A stretch of DNA of 64,000 nucleotides, from IMG/VR virus record IMGVR_UViG_3300032294_002964, positions 1 to 64,000 of that record. One strand, given 5' to 3'. The position numbers and the translations under genes are program-made. Within the stretch, counting starts at the first letter, position 1. The number at the start of each line of letters is the position of its first letter. Origin of the DNA: a virus. The notes below the pieces were generated by a model. That model was not told the origin of the DNA and searched no databases. It saw only the letters and a program-made list of their open reading frames with translations. Below are positions 16,714 through 28,018 of this stretch, one piece after another.

Positions 16714-17063
16714 TGCAAATTAAATTAAATAACGAGATATTTAACTGTTTAAATGGAAGTGTTCAACTATCTATTGGAACTCATGCTACTCTTTATTTAA
16801 CTTTTGATTTAGTTAAATATCCTTCATATGAGAATGTTCTAATTAAACTATATGAATCTGATAATACATTTAAATTAGTATCTTCAAAATTTGAAGCAAC
16901 AGGTTCTAAAATAAAAACACTTGATATTGATTATAGCTCTAAAAGATTAGAAATATCTATACACTGTGATGTACTTAATACAACCGATATTAATCTTAGA
17001 AGAGAAGATTTAATCAATGAACTTTTAGAAAAAACTTTTAAGGGTGAACAAGATATAAATTAA
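16713..17063 (+). CDS. Hypothetical protein
   Basis: Near-C-terminal RREDLINELL variant motif. Confidence 0.5.
   Translation: MQIKLNNEIFNCLNGSVQLSIGTHATLYLTFDLVKYPSYENVLIKLYESDNTFKLVSSKFEATGSKIKTLDIDYSSKRLEISIHCDVLNTTDINLRREDLINELLEKTFKGEQDIN
17032..17058 (+). promoter_or_regulatory. Putative phage middle-type promoter AAACTTT-N15-TATAA
   Basis: Same boxes and spacing at 44415(+), 39958(-), 41054(-) and 53699(-); variants at 33273(-), 57386(-) and 15007(+). Confidence 0.7.
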
Positions 17064-17082
17064 TAATAAAAACAAGATATTT

Positions 17083-19194
17083 ATGGATAAAATAATTTCA
17101 GATGAAAACTACATCAAGGAAAATTACGACATCAAAAATGCGTTATCTGAGGATGATGATGATGTTGATGATAGTTTTAAACAAAAGAAAAACCAAGGTA
17201 ATTCAAAAACACCTATACTCGATTCATACAGTCGAGACCTTACTAAGTTAGCCGAGGAGGGAAAGCTTGATCCAATCGTAGGTCGTATGAAAGAAATTGA
17301 GAGAGTTTCTCAAATTCTATCAAGACGCAAAAAAAACAATCCAATTCTTATTGGTGAACCAGGTGTTGGTAAATCTGCAATTGCAGAAGGATTGGCACTT
17401 AAAATTGTTCAGCGTAAATGTTCAAGAGTTCTTTTTAATAAAAGAATTGTAACATTAGACTTGGCTTCTATGGTTGCTGGTACTAAATACCGTGGTCAAT
17501 TTGAAGAAAGAATTAAAGCACTTATGGGTGAGTTAGAAAAGAATCCAGATGTTATTCTTTTCATTGATGAAATTCATACTATGATTGGTGCTGGTGGTGC
17601 TTCAGGTTCTCTCGACGCATCTAATATGTTTAAACCAGCTTTAGCGCGTGGTGAAATTCAAATCATTGGAGCAACTACAATAGATGAATATCGTAAGCAC
17701 ATTGAAAAAGATGGTGCACTTGAAAGGAGATTCCAGAAAGTTATGGTTGAACCCGCATCTGTTGATGAAACATTGGAAATTCTTGGCAACATTAAAGATA
17801 AATATGAGTCACATCACAATGTAAATTATACAGAAGATGCTATAAAGGCATGTGTTGATTTAACATCTCGATACATGACTGATCGTTTCTTACCAGATAA
17901 GGCTATTGATGCTCTTGATGAAGCTGGATCACGCGTTCATATTTCTAATATTGTTGTTCCTAAAGAAGTAACAGATATTGAGCAAAAACTTCTTGATATT
18001 AAGGACAAAAAACAAGAAGTTGTTAAGAGTCAGAGATATGAAGAAGCTGCAAAGCTTCGTGATGTTGAGAAACAACTTCAAAAACAACTTGAAGAGGCTC
18101 GTAAGAAGTGGGATGAAGATACTAAAGAAAATCGTCAAACTGTAACTGAAGAAAATGTTGCTGAAGTAGTCTCAATGATGACTGGCATTCCACTTCAAAA
18201 GGTTTCTCAAAATGAGAATAAAAAGCTTGCAATGATGCAAGAAATGATGAAAGGTAAGGTAATTGGACAGGATGAGGCTATTCAAAAAGTAGTTAAAGCA
18301 ATTCAAAGAGGTCGTGTTGGATTGAAAGATCCTAATCGTCCAATCGGTTCTTTTATTTTCTTGGGACCTACTGGAGTTGGTAAAACAGAATTGGCTAAAC
18401 AATTGGCTAAGTATCTATTTGATTCAGAAGATTCACTTATTCGTGTTGATATGTCTGAATTTATGGAAAAGTTTGCAGTATCAAGATTGATTGGAGCGCC
18501 TCCAGGATATGTTGGGCATGACGAGGGTGGTCAACTAACTGAAAAAGTTAGACGCAAACCTTACTCTGTAATTCTTCTCGACGAGATTGAGAAAGCTCAT
18601 CCAGAAGTATTTAACTTACTATTGCAAGTTCTTGATGATGGTCAATTGACTGATTCACTTGGTCGTAAAGTTAATTTTAAGAATACTATTATCATTATGA
18701 CCTCTAATACCGGTTCAAGAAAATTGAAAGATTTCGGTGTGGGTGTAGGTTTTAATACTAAGAGTAGAGAAGGTTCTAAATCTTCAGAAGAGAAAAGTGT
18801 TGTTGAAAAGGAATTGAAGAAGACATTTGCTCCTGAGTTTTTAAATCGTATTGATGATGTAATAACTTTCAACTCACTTGAAAGAGAAGAAATTACTAAG
18901 ATCATATCTCTTGAGGTTGATAAATTAAAAAATCGAGTTAAAGACTTAGAATATGAATTGGAACTATCAGAAGAAGCATTGAATGTAATTGTTGATAATG
19001 GATTTGACCCACAATATGGAGCAAGACCTCTAAAGAGAGCAATTCAAAGATATGTTGAGGATGTTTTAACAGAAGAGATTATTACAAATAATCCAGAAAA
19101 GGGATCTAAGCTATTGTTGGACTACAACAAAGAAGATGATAAAATGTTTGTAACTATAAAGAAGAATACAAAGAAAAAGAAAACTGGAGAATAA
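17083..19194 (+). CDS. clpC: ClpC-type AAA+ ATPase lacking the N-terminal Clp repeat domain
   Basis: Walker A motifs GEPGVGKS and [12 protein letters not shown]-domain YEEAAKLRD, ClpP-docking VGF loop and GARPLKR. Confidence 0.9.
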   Translation: MDKIISDENYIKENYDIKNALSEDDDDVDDSFKQKKNQGNSKTPILDSYSRDLTKLAEEGKLDPIVGRMKEIERVSQILSRRKKNNPILIGEPGVGKSAIAEGLALKIVQRKCSRVLFNKRIVTLDLASMVAGTKYRGQFEERIKALMGELEKNPDVILFIDEIHTMIGAGGASGSLDASNMFKPALARGEIQIIGATTIDEYRKHIEKDGALERRFQKVMVEPASVDETLEILGNIKDKYESHHNVNYTEDAIKACVDLTSRYMTDRFLPDKAIDALDEAGSRVHISNIVVPKEVTDIEQKLLDIKDKKQEVVKSQRYEEAAKLRDVEKQLQKQLEEARKKWDEDTKENRQTVTEENVAEVVSMMTGIPLQKVSQNENKKLAMMQEMMKGKVIGQDEAIQKVVKAIQRGRVGLKDPNRPIGSFIFLGPTGVGKTELAKQLAKYLFDSEDSLIRVDMSEFMEKFAVSRLIGAPPGYVGHDEGGQLTEKVRRKPYSVILLDEIEKAHPEVFNLLLQVLDDGQLTDSLGRKVNFKNTIIIMTSNTGSRKLKDFGVGVGFNTKSREGSKSSEEKSVVEKELKKTFAPEFLNRIDDVITFNSLEREEITKIISLEVDKLKNRVKDLEYELELSEEALNVIVDNGFDPQYGARPLKRAIQRYVEDVLTEEIITNNPEKGSKLLLDYNKEDDKMFVTIKKNTKKKKTGE

Positions 19195-19224
19195 AAAAAA
19201 CCCACTCAAATGAGTGGGTTTTTT
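19193..19224. terminator. Bidirectional intrinsic terminator (repeated element)
   Basis: A8-CCCACTC-AAAT-GAGTGGG-T6 between convergent genes; the same hairpin occurs at 39987 and 55362. Confidence 0.85.
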
Positions 19225-19225
19225 A

Positions 19226-20692
19226 TTATTTTATTATAAGAACAACATTATTATCACTTTTATTACTCTCATTTGGTATTTTAATAATTTGCATAAAGTT
19301 ATATTTAGACTTATTAAGTGATATATACTCCTCAAATTTATCAAAATCATCACAATGAACATCTTCTATTATAAAAAAACCGCCAATTTTTAAATTTTTG
19401 ATAAAATTTTCAAAAAATACTATATTAGCACTAAATGTATGTAACCCGTCTTCTATAATAATGTCAAATTTAAAATTGAAATTATTAGACAAATCATCTA
19501 TAATTGATGTGTTAGTCTGGTCGCAAAAATATGTTTTAATCCTATTCTCTTGTACCAAGATATCCTTATCAATATCCGCACCATATATTTCTGCATTTTT
19601 AAAATAGTCTCTCCATCCTCTAAGTGATCCACATGGATTTCCTTGACCACTCATATTAGATGGTATATTTAAGTTGTTAGTTCCTAATCCCAATTCAAAG
19701 ACATATTTCACATCATCTTTAATTTTATTAAAAATAAAATCATAAAATCTTGTGTAATTATGGTGACCATTTCCTTTATCACTACCATTGAGATTCATTA
19801 TTTCACAAAGGGTTGTCGTTCTTTCGTACATTTTTAATTCAAAAAAATCATTCATATTTTTTATTTTTTTTTCTTTGATAAACTCAAATACTGGAAACCA
19901 GTCGCCAGAAGTTGGATTATCTTTATATTTAACAGAGCTAATAACATTACATTTATCATCATTTGATGCTGCAAGTATAGATAATATAGTTTGATCATCA
20001 TCTATTATTTCAAACTCAATGAATTCATTTACAATCCTTTTAAATTCATTATAAAAATGAATTATTAAATTAGTAGGTATAATATAAAATCCACCACAAA
20101 CTAAAACATTATCTAACATTTTTGAGTAAAAAAATGGGTCTTTAGATGGCTGAATATTCTGTCTATTAAATAAAATTATTTTATCAGAATTAGGACTTAT
20201 TAATTTTTTATTCTTTATCTCTTCTATATAACGAGGATCACCATGACCTATTCCAAAATCAATCCAAGCTATGTTATCAGAAAATATAAGCTCACGTTCA
20301 TATGCAATCTTAATGAATTCAGTTTTAGCAAACATCAGAGCGACATATTCTGGATTAGAATATTCTGGTGGATTAGAAGGATCCCTTCTTTTATATTCCT
20401 TAATTTTATCAGAATTTTGAATATTTTTGATAGTATCAACCATATTAAAATACTCTAAATCGGTTTTATCTATTATTTGGAAATTAATTTTTGTTCTAAA
20501 ATTCGAATCTACCTTTTTAATGATTTCATTTTTAATAAAATCGCTACAAAAAACGATTAAATCTAATTCTATATTTGAGTAAAATTCTATAAAATTATTG
20601 ATATATTTATCATTACTTCTTTTATAATTATTGGACCAATTTCCTCTATCTATATCAATAAAAGAGGTTATGCATTGAATTTCACTAGTCAT
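19226..20692 (-). CDS. WlaTC/HtrL-family glycosyltransferase fused to a class I SAM methyltransferase
   Basis: N-half AWIDFG, CGG and DDDQ; C-half SDKG..HNY, FELGLG, GADID and IIEDG.H...IIED. Confidence 0.75.
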   Translation of the reverse strand: MTSEIQCITSFIDIDRGNWSNNYKRSNDKYINNFIEFYSNIELDLIVFCSDFIKNEIIKKVDSNFRTKINFQIIDKTDLEYFNMVDTIKNIQNSDKIKEYKRRDPSNPPEYSNPEYVALMFAKTEFIKIAYERELIFSDNIAWIDFGIGHGDPRYIEEIKNKKLISPNSDKIILFNRQNIQPSKDPFFYSKMLDNVLVCGGFYIIPTNLIIHFYNEFKRIVNEFIEFEIIDDDQTILSILAASNDDKCNVISSVKYKDNPTSGDWFPVFEFIKEKKIKNMNDFFELKMYERTTTLCEIMNLNGSDKGNGHHNYTRFYDFIFNKIKDDVKYVFELGLGTNNLNIPSNMSGQGNPCGSLRGWRDYFKNAEIYGADIDKDILVQENRIKTYFCDQTNTSIIDDLSNNFNFKFDIIIEDGLHTFSANIVFFENFIKNLKIGGFFIIEDVHCDDFDKFEEYISLNKSKYNFMQIIKIPNESNKSDNNVVLIIK

Positions 20693-20785
20693 TTTTATTT
20701 TATATTTTTTATACTATTTGAATTTTCACACGGTATATTTTTACTAAGAAAAATTTGACTATCGTTTAATACTATTTTCACACTT

Positions 20786-21433
20786 TTAATTTATTCTTTT
20801 GTAAAACTCATCAGAGCAGATTTTATCAATATACATATATCCATTATTCAATAAAATATCTCTAATATTTGAATTATCATTATTTTCAATTCCAATAATT
20901 TTAATATTGTATTTTTTAAAATCTATTCCCTTCAGAATTTTTTCTTCTGATCCCTCTGTATCTATTGATAGATAATCAATATCATTCATATTATTTTCTT
21001 CCAGAATAGAAGATAGTGTTCTACACTCAACACTTAATGTTTCAAAATCAGAATTATGTTCAATTGACTCTCGTAAAAGTCGATTCCAGTGATCGTTTGA
21101 ATAGTTTTCTTTGATACCACTTATCATACTTATATAGTCATAACCGGCTATAAATTCGGCATGTCCATTATAATCACTTATTGCACAATTATATTTTTTA
21201 CAAGTTCTAATTGAATTTTTTAGTTTTTGGAAACTAACAGGATGTGGCTCGATGCATATCCCACTCCAATTAAGTTCTAAATCCATATAAGCGGTATTAG
21301 ATGCAATAAATGGATCACAAGCACCAACCTCAACATAATTTAAATTGTTTACTCTACCTAATAACTTATCAAGTACAAACTCCCAGGGCTGTGGATATGG
21401 TAAATGTTGTTCTATATAATATGGTCTATTCAT
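20786..21433 (-). CDS. FkbM-family methyltransferase
   Basis: YVEVGA.D...SNT, W.GICIEP and LSIDTEGSE. Confidence 0.85.
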   Translation of the reverse strand: MNRPYYIEQHLPYPQPWEFVLDKLLGRVNNLNYVEVGACDPFIASNTAYMDLELNWSGICIEPHPVSFQKLKNSIRTCKKYNCAISDYNGHAEFIAGYDYISMISGIKENYSNDHWNRLLRESIEHNSDFETLSVECRTLSSILEENNMNDIDYLSIDTEGSEEKILKGIDFKKYNIKIIGIENNDNSNIRDILLNNGYMYIDKICSDEFYKRIN

Positions 21434-21479
21434 TTTACGGTATTTTTTTGTTTATAATTTTTTATAAGCGTTGAAAAAA

Positions 21480-22424
21480 TTATGATAAATCGTATAATTT
21501 TATAAATTTTTCCATAACAATACTAGGTATATATTCCTGATAGCAATTCCAATTGTCAAATTTATTACTATCAAAATTTAAAAGTAAATTCATTAAATCC
21601 TCATAATTATTATATAATAATGCTTTATTTCCTAGTATATCAATATGATTTCTTTCAGGTGATCCATTCCAAGTAATCACTGGCTTATTTTTTATAGAAA
21701 ATTCCGCACACGTCAAACCGAAAGATTCTCCGATTTGTCTGGCATGTAAATGTGCATCACAAGTATTTATAAATTTAACTTTAAAATTCAAATCTGGATT
21801 TGGCTCTAAAAATATACACCTTTCATGTTCTATAAATTTTTCAGTATTTTGAAATAGAAAATAATAATTATGATTGAGTGGTAAAATATCTCTTATAACT
21901 TCCTTCACAAAGTTTATATCAAATGAGTCATATCCACCGTTTCTACCAAATACAATAGAATTAGAAGGTATAGATAACTCTTCTCTCAAATTATTTTCAT
22001 TTTCAGGCAGATTAATCATATGTGGAACATAATCTATTCCAGATATTTTACTTAACCAAGGTGAGCATACATAATATTTATCACCGTGTATATTATAACT
22101 TGATATATTAGCGGAAACTGCCATTATTAAATTTTTACAAACGCTTGATATAACACCATCATTTGAACCACCTTTAATTGCAAAAAAATAATCACACTTC
22201 TCATCAATTAATATTTTATCTATTTCATTTTTGTAATTATATCCAAATATCTTAAACTCTTTAATCATTTTTTCTTTAACAAGATCACTATTTTCTAAAT
22301 AATTCTTATTATATAAAATAATACATTCAAAATTATAAAAATGTTTCAAATAGTACGCATAATCATATAAAGCTACTGTGGTTCCTCTTATTGATAGTAT
22401 ATTATCATGTAATGCTATTTTCAT
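21480..22424 (-). CDS. GT-B (GT4-like) glycosyltransferase
   Basis: RGTTVALYDYA and CDA.LHAR..GESFGL..AE (E-x7-E). Confidence 0.75.
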   Translation of the reverse strand: MKIALHDNILSIRGTTVALYDYAYYLKHFYNFECIILYNKNYLENSDLVKEKMIKEFKIFGYNYKNEIDKILIDEKCDYFFAIKGGSNDGVISSVCKNLIMAVSANISSYNIHGDKYYVCSPWLSKISGIDYVPHMINLPENENNLREELSIPSNSIVFGRNGGYDSFDINFVKEVIRDILPLNHNYYFLFQNTEKFIEHERCIFLEPNPDLNFKVKFINTCDAHLHARQIGESFGLTCAEFSIKNKPVITWNGSPERNHIDILGNKALLYNNYEDLMNLLLNFDSNKFDNWNCYQEYIPSIVMEKFIKLYDLS

Positions 22425-22446
22425 TCCTTAATAATTTTATTAAAAA

Positions 22447-23082
22447 TCATAGTTTATTTTTATTTTGAAATAAAACATTTCCCATATCTACCCAAGGCAA
22501 ATCTTCAAAAACTATTTCAAAATTATTCTTTATCATAAATTCTTTAAATTCTGGATATAACATAACACCCTCATAGGTCTCAATAAGAGAAACTTCAGAA
22601 TAAATAAATTTGGTATTTCTTAAACAATTTGGTGATGATTTTAACACTATTGGTTCCAATCCTTGCATATCTAGCCACATGAAGTCGATAATGTTCAAAT
22701 TATTAGATTCATAAAAGTCATCTAAATTTATACATTCTATATCTATTTCCTCTTTAAATGATATTTCTGGATGTACTTGTAAATGATCTTTTGGTTTTAA
22801 TAATGATGAAGATACTGCTACATGACCAAACCTATCACTGAAATATATTTTAGATTTCTCAGTTTTATTAGAAAGTGCTAAATTGTAAATCTCAACGTTT
22901 AATTTACCACTTGTGTTTTTAAGTGTATCATTAAAAAGATGAGGTATTGGTTCGAATCCATATATTTTACCATTGATAAAATAATTTGAGAAAAAAAGTG
23001 TATCTGATCCACCTGCTGTTCCAGCCTCAATTACAATACAATCATCCTTCAGATTATTTACTATCCATTTTTTTATATCCAT
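22447..23082 (-). CDS. FkbM-family methyltransferase
   Basis: IEAG, FEP, SSSLLKP, WLDMQGLE and EVS....Y. Confidence 0.85.
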   Translation of the reverse strand: MDIKKWIVNNLKDDCIVIEAGTAGGSDTLFFSNYFINGKIYGFEPIPHLFNDTLKNTSGKLNVEIYNLALSNKTEKSKIYFSDRFGHVAVSSSLLKPKDHLQVHPEISFKEEIDIECINLDDFYESNNLNIIDFMWLDMQGLEPIVLKSSPNCLRNTKFIYSEVSLIETYEGVMLYPEFKEFMIKNNFEIVFEDLPWVDMGNVLFQNKNKL

Positions 23083-23088
23083 TTTTTA

Positions 23089-23937
23089 TTATTTTTTTAT
23101 AATTGTTTCTATTTTGTTTAAAATTTTTGATAAGTCAATATTTGTTTGAAAAATTGGTTCATCATTAATTTTTTTATATAAAATATTATCATTATCTATT
23201 TTTTTTATATCCTCTATCATATCATCCATATTATTATAATTAATAAGGTTAATACAAGAATTTATATTAAAATCTACACTAAAAGACTTATCTGAGTAAT
23301 ATATTGGTATACAACCTGATACTTTAGCATGTAATAATTTCTCAGTGAAATATCCAGGATAAATTGAGTTTTCAAAACACATAGCAAATTTATATTCTGA
23401 TATTAAATCCATTTTTATTTTTTCACCATCCGGAATCTGTTTGAGATGTATTTTGCCAAAAGCATCAACACTTTTATATGTTGATAGTTTACTTAAAAAA
23501 TTCATTCTTATATTTTCTTTTCTGCTAAAAACAGTGCAGCAAAATTTATTCTTTTTTTTAGTGTTAAACTCATTTTCCCCATATAGATAATTAACTGGTA
23601 TTAGATACTCAGGATTTTTATAGGTTGATACACCAAACCAGTCTATATAAAAATACCATAAAGGTAGTCTTATATTTCTACTATTATAAGAGTCAATATC
23701 AAATGATAGAGAGTAGTCACACTGATTAAAATTTGGTCTAATATTTTCACCAGTGTAGAATATTTTTTTACAATGATTATATTTTTTATGTTCATTGCCA
23801 AAGCAACTATAGATTATAACATCGGCTTTTTCTGGACCTACTAGTTCCAAATTAGATACTAACTCTCTTATACTATAGAATAGAAAATTTCTATCATCTA
23901 TAAAATCATACCAAAAATCTAAAAAAGATATCTTCAT
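23089..23937 (-). CDS. GT10 alpha-1,3-fucosyltransferase-like
   Basis: FYTGEN.RP and YKFAMCFENS..PGYFTEKL. Confidence 0.85.
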   Translation of the reverse strand: MKISFLDFWYDFIDDRNFLFYSIRELVSNLELVGPEKADVIIYSCFGNEHKKYNHCKKIFYTGENIRPNFNQCDYSLSFDIDSYNSRNIRLPLWYFYIDWFGVSTYKNPEYLIPVNYLYGENEFNTKKKNKFCCTVFSRKENIRMNFLSKLSTYKSVDAFGKIHLKQIPDGEKIKMDLISEYKFAMCFENSIYPGYFTEKLLHAKVSGCIPIYYSDKSFSVDFNINSCINLINYNNMDDMIEDIKKIDNDNILYKKINDEPIFQTNIDLSKILNKIETIIKK

Positions 23938-23939
23938 TT

Positions 23940-24608
23940 TTAATTATTTTTATTTAAAGAAATTTTCCAATTAACGTCATTTTGTATAGTAGTTTCAAAT
24001 TCTGAATTTTGACTAGCTAAACTTGGTTCAAACCACCAATTATTTAAATTGAATTTATTAATTAATTTATTATAGAAAAAATCAGCTGGATATTTTGCAA
24101 ATTCTTCTATACTATCAACTACTTTTTCTATACATTTTTGACTAATTATAAAAGAATGAGTACATCTAGAACCATTCATTCTATAAACATTTTGATTGTT
24201 TACTATTTCAGCATGTAAGTCACAACAAGATCCCACCCATGCCAAATCCCAGTCTTCTGGTAACTGACTTTTATAGTTATTAAATCTATTTATAAAATCA
24301 TTTCCTAAAATAACATCATCTTCAAGTACTAAAATAGATTTATATTTTTTATAAGCATCTTTTAATATCCAACAATGTTTTAGTAACAAAGAGATTTCAG
24401 AAAGTTTAAGTATCCTGCCATTCTCCTCATCTTCAAAAATTTTAGTATATTGTTTTGATATCTCTATTAAATTCCAGTTATCTTTATCATAAACCTCTAC
24501 CCATTCATAATCAGATATTCCTAATGTGCTTAAGTGTTTAATTAGTCCTTCTTTTCTGTTAGAAAGTTTACTCCAATGGCAAATGTAAATTTTATCGATA
24601 TTTAACAT
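23940..24608 (-). CDS. GT25-family glycosyltransferase
   Basis: R, E.SL.LKH, LVLEDD and THSFIIS. Confidence 0.75.
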   Translation of the reverse strand: MLNIDKIYICHWSKLSNRKEGLIKHLSTLGISDYEWVEVYDKDNWNLIEISKQYTKIFEDEENGRILKLSEISLLLKHCWILKDAYKKYKSILVLEDDVILGNDFINRFNNYKSQLPEDWDLAWVGSCCDLHAEIVNNQNVYRMNGSRCTHSFIISQKCIEKVVDSIEEFAKYPADFFYNKLINKFNLNNWWFEPSLASQNSEFETTIQNDVNWKISLNKNN

Positions 24609-24611
24609 AAT

Positions 24612-25373
24612 TTATTTATATTTTTCATAAATTTCTTTCATCTGATTTGGTCTAATATAATGGAAAGACATAGGTTTTTTTAAGCAATCTTGCAATGAGA
24701 TAGGATAATCTAAGTACCACTTTGCATTCTCATCACCATTGATAGCACCTTCATAATGAGATGGTGGTTGACTAAGTATATAAGGAACATGAGTAAGATC
24801 AATATTAAAGTATTTTTTTATCATATATCCAATCGCAACATCAGAGAATGGATAAGCACCTCCCGATATTTCTATCCAATGTTTATTAAATTCATCAATA
24901 ACTTCATAGCACTTTTTCATTAGAGAGTTACTAATAAAAAAACCTGCTCCCCCGGCAACCGCTCTAAATGTACTATCTTTTTTATCTTGAACCTCATGTA
25001 TTGAAGGAATGTGTGACCAAAATCCACAAGGTTGACAAAGTATTAAATCCGATTTAGGATCATATTTTTTTAATTCATTTTCTGTTGAATTTCTAAATAA
25101 TATAGCATCACAACTTGTCATACAGTACCAATCAAGTGAATCATCATCTTCAAACATGTATTTGAATCCTAATTGTTGTTTTAAAAAATGACTGTTATAG
25201 TCCTCACCTGCTTCTTTTATTGGAATTAAAGATGTATCACCACCATTACCTCCAAAAAGATAGACTTTATTAAAATCATTTATCCAAGTATTTTTACAAG
25301 CGGTATATCTCTCAACTAAATTACTTGAGGTAACAACACCAACTGATATATTATTGTTTTTATCCATTACCAT
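24612..25373 (-). CDS. Fringe/GT31-like glycosyltransferase
   Basis: TW, DWY, GGAGFFIS, SDVAIG and SFHY. Confidence 0.65.
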   Translation of the reverse strand: MVMDKNNNISVGVVTSSNLVERYTACKNTWINDFNKVYLFGGNGGDTSLIPIKEAGEDYNSHFLKQQLGFKYMFEDDDSLDWYCMTSCDAILFRNSTENELKKYDPKSDLILCQPCGFWSHIPSIHEVQDKKDSTFRAVAGGAGFFISNSLMKKCYEVIDEFNKHWIEISGGAYPFSDVAIGYMIKKYFNIDLTHVPYILSQPPSHYEGAINGDENAKWYLDYPISLQDCLKKPMSFHYIRPNQMKEIYEKYK

Positions 25374-26163
25374 TACTCAATTCTTTTTTAATAAAATATT
25401 TCCAATATCCTATTTTAATTTTATTTAAATTCCAGTCTTTGTTTATAAACTCATCATATTTACTATTAAGGAAATTTTCATTTATTTCAGACCAGTCATT
25501 AATAAAAAGTATTGGTAAGTCCTTAAAAAGTGAGTGTGTATTTTCATATCTAACTATTGGTATAGATCCCATGTATAATGATTCCCAAAGTCTATGTGTG
25601 TCTATGCCGTTTCCTCTTGGACAAAATACAAACTTTGAAGACTTTATTTCTCTTAGGTATTTTATCCGACCATCAATTGTATTATTAATGCTACCAATTA
25701 AATTCCATTTTTGATTGTAAAATAAGTTATAAATCAACCTTCTTTCTGATTCATAATTACTTAGATTGAAGTTTAAATAGGATAAGTTGGACTTATCTAT
25801 TTCTTCTTTAAAAACAGACAGCATTATTTCTTGATTTCCATAAATTCTATGTATAGGTGAATCATCACAATCATTAGTTATTCCTAGTGGAATTCCGAAT
25901 GTGTTTTCACAATCACTACTTTTATTAATACAAAAAACTTTTTCAAAATTTTTACTTATTCTATCTGTCACTGGATAATCTGAATGTCCTATAAAAGTTA
26001 TCTTGTCAATTTTTTGTGGATGTATTTGTCCTCTCCAATTTAATTGTCCATGATAAAAAAAATCAGTTTTTATGTAACAAATATTATTCTCTTTGCTGAA
26101 TTCTAAAAATCTATCTTGTGTTATGATATCATCAACATTCCAGTCTAACTCTTGTATTTTCAT
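25360..26163 (-). CDS. Exostosin/GT47-like glycosyltransferase
   Basis: KFVFCPRGNGIDTHRLWESLY.G.IPIV; exact start uncertain. Confidence 0.7.
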   Translation of the reverse strand: MKIQELDWNVDDIITQDRFLEFSKENNICYIKTDFFYHGQLNWRGQIHPQKIDKITFIGHSDYPVTDRISKNFEKVFCINKSSDCENTFGIPLGITNDCDDSPIHRIYGNQEIMLSVFKEEIDKSNLSYLNFNLSNYESERRLIYNLFYNQKWNLIGSINNTIDGRIKYLREIKSSKFVFCPRGNGIDTHRLWESLYMGSIPIVRYENTHSLFKDLPILFINDWSEINENFLNSKYDEFINKDWNLNKIKIGYWKYFIKKELSNGNG

Positions 26164-26941
26164 AATTTTTAAGATCATTTATTGTGTCAATTAATAAATT
26201 CTCATATGTGTATAGATTACTATGAGACTTTAGATAATATTCTTTTCTCTTTTCATATTCATTGTATTTAGAAATATTTTCAACTACATAATCATCATAA
26301 TTCATATTGAAATTTTTATATAAATCTCTAATAAAATCGTTGACAAATATTAATCTACCCGAACCTATAATTTTATGATCTGTTGATTTTATAGACTGTT
26401 GAACAACAAAATTTGGATGTACTATATCTCGATAGAAATATGTATCTCCTATTTCTATCATTTTTTTCTCCATTATAGAACTAAATATTTTCCCAAATAA
26501 GAAGTTACTATCTCTTCTTATGGAGTTGAAATTAAAAGGATATAGTATTATAACATTACTATAATCTTCTTTATTATCTATAATATATTTTGATATTTTA
26601 TATTTTGATTGTAAATATGGAGTGGTATAGAAATTAAAGTTATCTGATAGTGAAATTTGACCATCATATTGATTCCACAGCTCGCAGGTAGAATATACAA
26701 TAACTTTTCTAGAAATTTCTTTTAGTTCATCAATGATTTTTAATGTAAGATAAAAATTAACTTCATCATAAACTTTTAAATCTTTGATAAATTTTCTAGA
26801 TTCGCCTAAGCAAATAAACACTCTATCCCAATTTTGATCTTTTAATTTATCAATATCTAAGTTTCTAGATGAAACTCTAACATATTCTTTTGGAAAGTAA
26901 TATGATAGTTGAGAAGTATTTCCAATTATTAGGCTGTTCAT
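26132..26941 (-). CDS. NAD-dependent epimerase/dehydratase-like (NDP-sugar modifying)
   Basis: IGNTSQL (degenerate GxxGxxG), ST.E, YxxxK (YLQSK), FN and RD.VH. Confidence 0.7.
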   Translation of the reverse strand: MNSLIIGNTSQLSYYFPKEYVRVSSRNLDIDKLKDQNWDRVFICLGESRKFIKDLKVYDEVNFYLTLKIIDELKEISRKVIVYSTCELWNQYDGQISLSDNFNFYTTPYLQSKYKISKYIIDNKEDYSNVIILYPFNFNSIRRDSNFLFGKIFSSIMEKKMIEIGDTYFYRDIVHPNFVVQQSIKSTDHKIIGSGRLIFVNDFIRDLYKNFNMNYDDYVVENISKYNEYEKRKEYYLKSHSNLYTYENLLIDTINDLKNYENTRVRLEC

Positions 26942-28017
26942 TTTATATTATTTAATATATTACTCCACTCAGTATAAATTTTATCTTTTCTTATTGAGTT
27001 GAATTGTTCCATATTTTTAGAAACTTCTTGTAGATTTGTTTGTTGCAACTTCAATGAAAGTTCTTCAAAACTATCAAAATAGATAATATGAGGCATCCAT
27101 TCTTGATTATAAAAATCAGAATATTTAATCCAATTAGACATTATTTCTAAATTGTTATATCTATTTGGATCATTATTGCTATCACAATTTATAACTGAAC
27201 CCGGTGGCATCCAAGTTATTGGATTCCAAGATAATTCACTGAGTACTTGACCAGGATATTTACTAAATAATTCTAACATTAGATTATAACTTGGACAAAA
27301 AATAGGAAAATTTGCAGTATAATACTCAAATATTGACATAGTTGAGCAATTATAAGGTATAATTATAATTCCTTTATATGAATAGAGATCTGTCCATTCA
27401 AATTTTCCAAGTGATGATTTATCAATAATAGAATTCTGATCAAATTTTATTGGTAGTCTTCCAGAATATAAAAATTGAGATTTAGTTGGATTATATTTTG
27501 AATTAGTATATTCACAAATATTTGGTATCAATTTACACTCTCTTTGTACGAAAAATTCAAAATATTTTTTATCATATTCAGAATTAGCAACCGGTATTAT
27601 TATTCCATCATCTATTCCTTTTCTCAAATAATCATTAAAATAGTTCCATTTTTCAGCATTACTTTGAAAAGGAACTTCATACCTTATAGGTACTTGTATA
27701 ATTATTGGTTTTTTGAATTTCTCATAAAGAAGTGAAAAAGAAGGAGGATAAGTACATAAAAATGCATCATATTGTTCCAGTTCATTCTTATATCTCTCAT
27801 AGAAATCATCAGACATTTTTTTATCAAGAGACCACCATCTTGGTCTACCGTTTGATAAAATGTCCTGATTAACAATCTCTACCTTAACTGAGTCGTTTCC
27901 AAATATCCAATTTGATCCTGATATCGACCAACTAGTAACTTCATTTCCAAGATTTTCAAAAATTTGTTTCAGGTCAGCAATTACTGATACATGGCAGTCT
28001 AAATTAAATATCTTCAT
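26938..28017 (-). CDS. Putative glycosyltransferase (GT-B-like)
   Basis: NLD.H.SV..D and IPY..STMSIFE.Y; cluster context. Confidence 0.5.
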   Translation of the reverse strand: MKIFNLDCHVSVIADLKQIFENLGNEVTSWSISGSNWIFGNDSVKVEIVNQDILSNGRPRWWSLDKKMSDDFYERYKNELEQYDAFLCTYPPSFSLLYEKFKKPIIIQVPIRYEVPFQSNAEKWNYFNDYLRKGIDDGIIIPVANSEYDKKYFEFFVQRECKLIPNICEYTNSKYNPTKSQFLYSGRLPIKFDQNSIIDKSSLGKFEWTDLYSYKGIIIIPYNCSTMSIFEYYTANFPIFCPSYNLMLELFSKYPGQVLSELSWNPITWMPPGSVINCDSNNDPNRYNNLEIMSNWIKYSDFYNQEWMPHIIYFDSFEELSLKLQQTNLQEVSKNMEQFNSIRKDKIYTEWSNILNNIK

Positions 28018-28018
28018 T

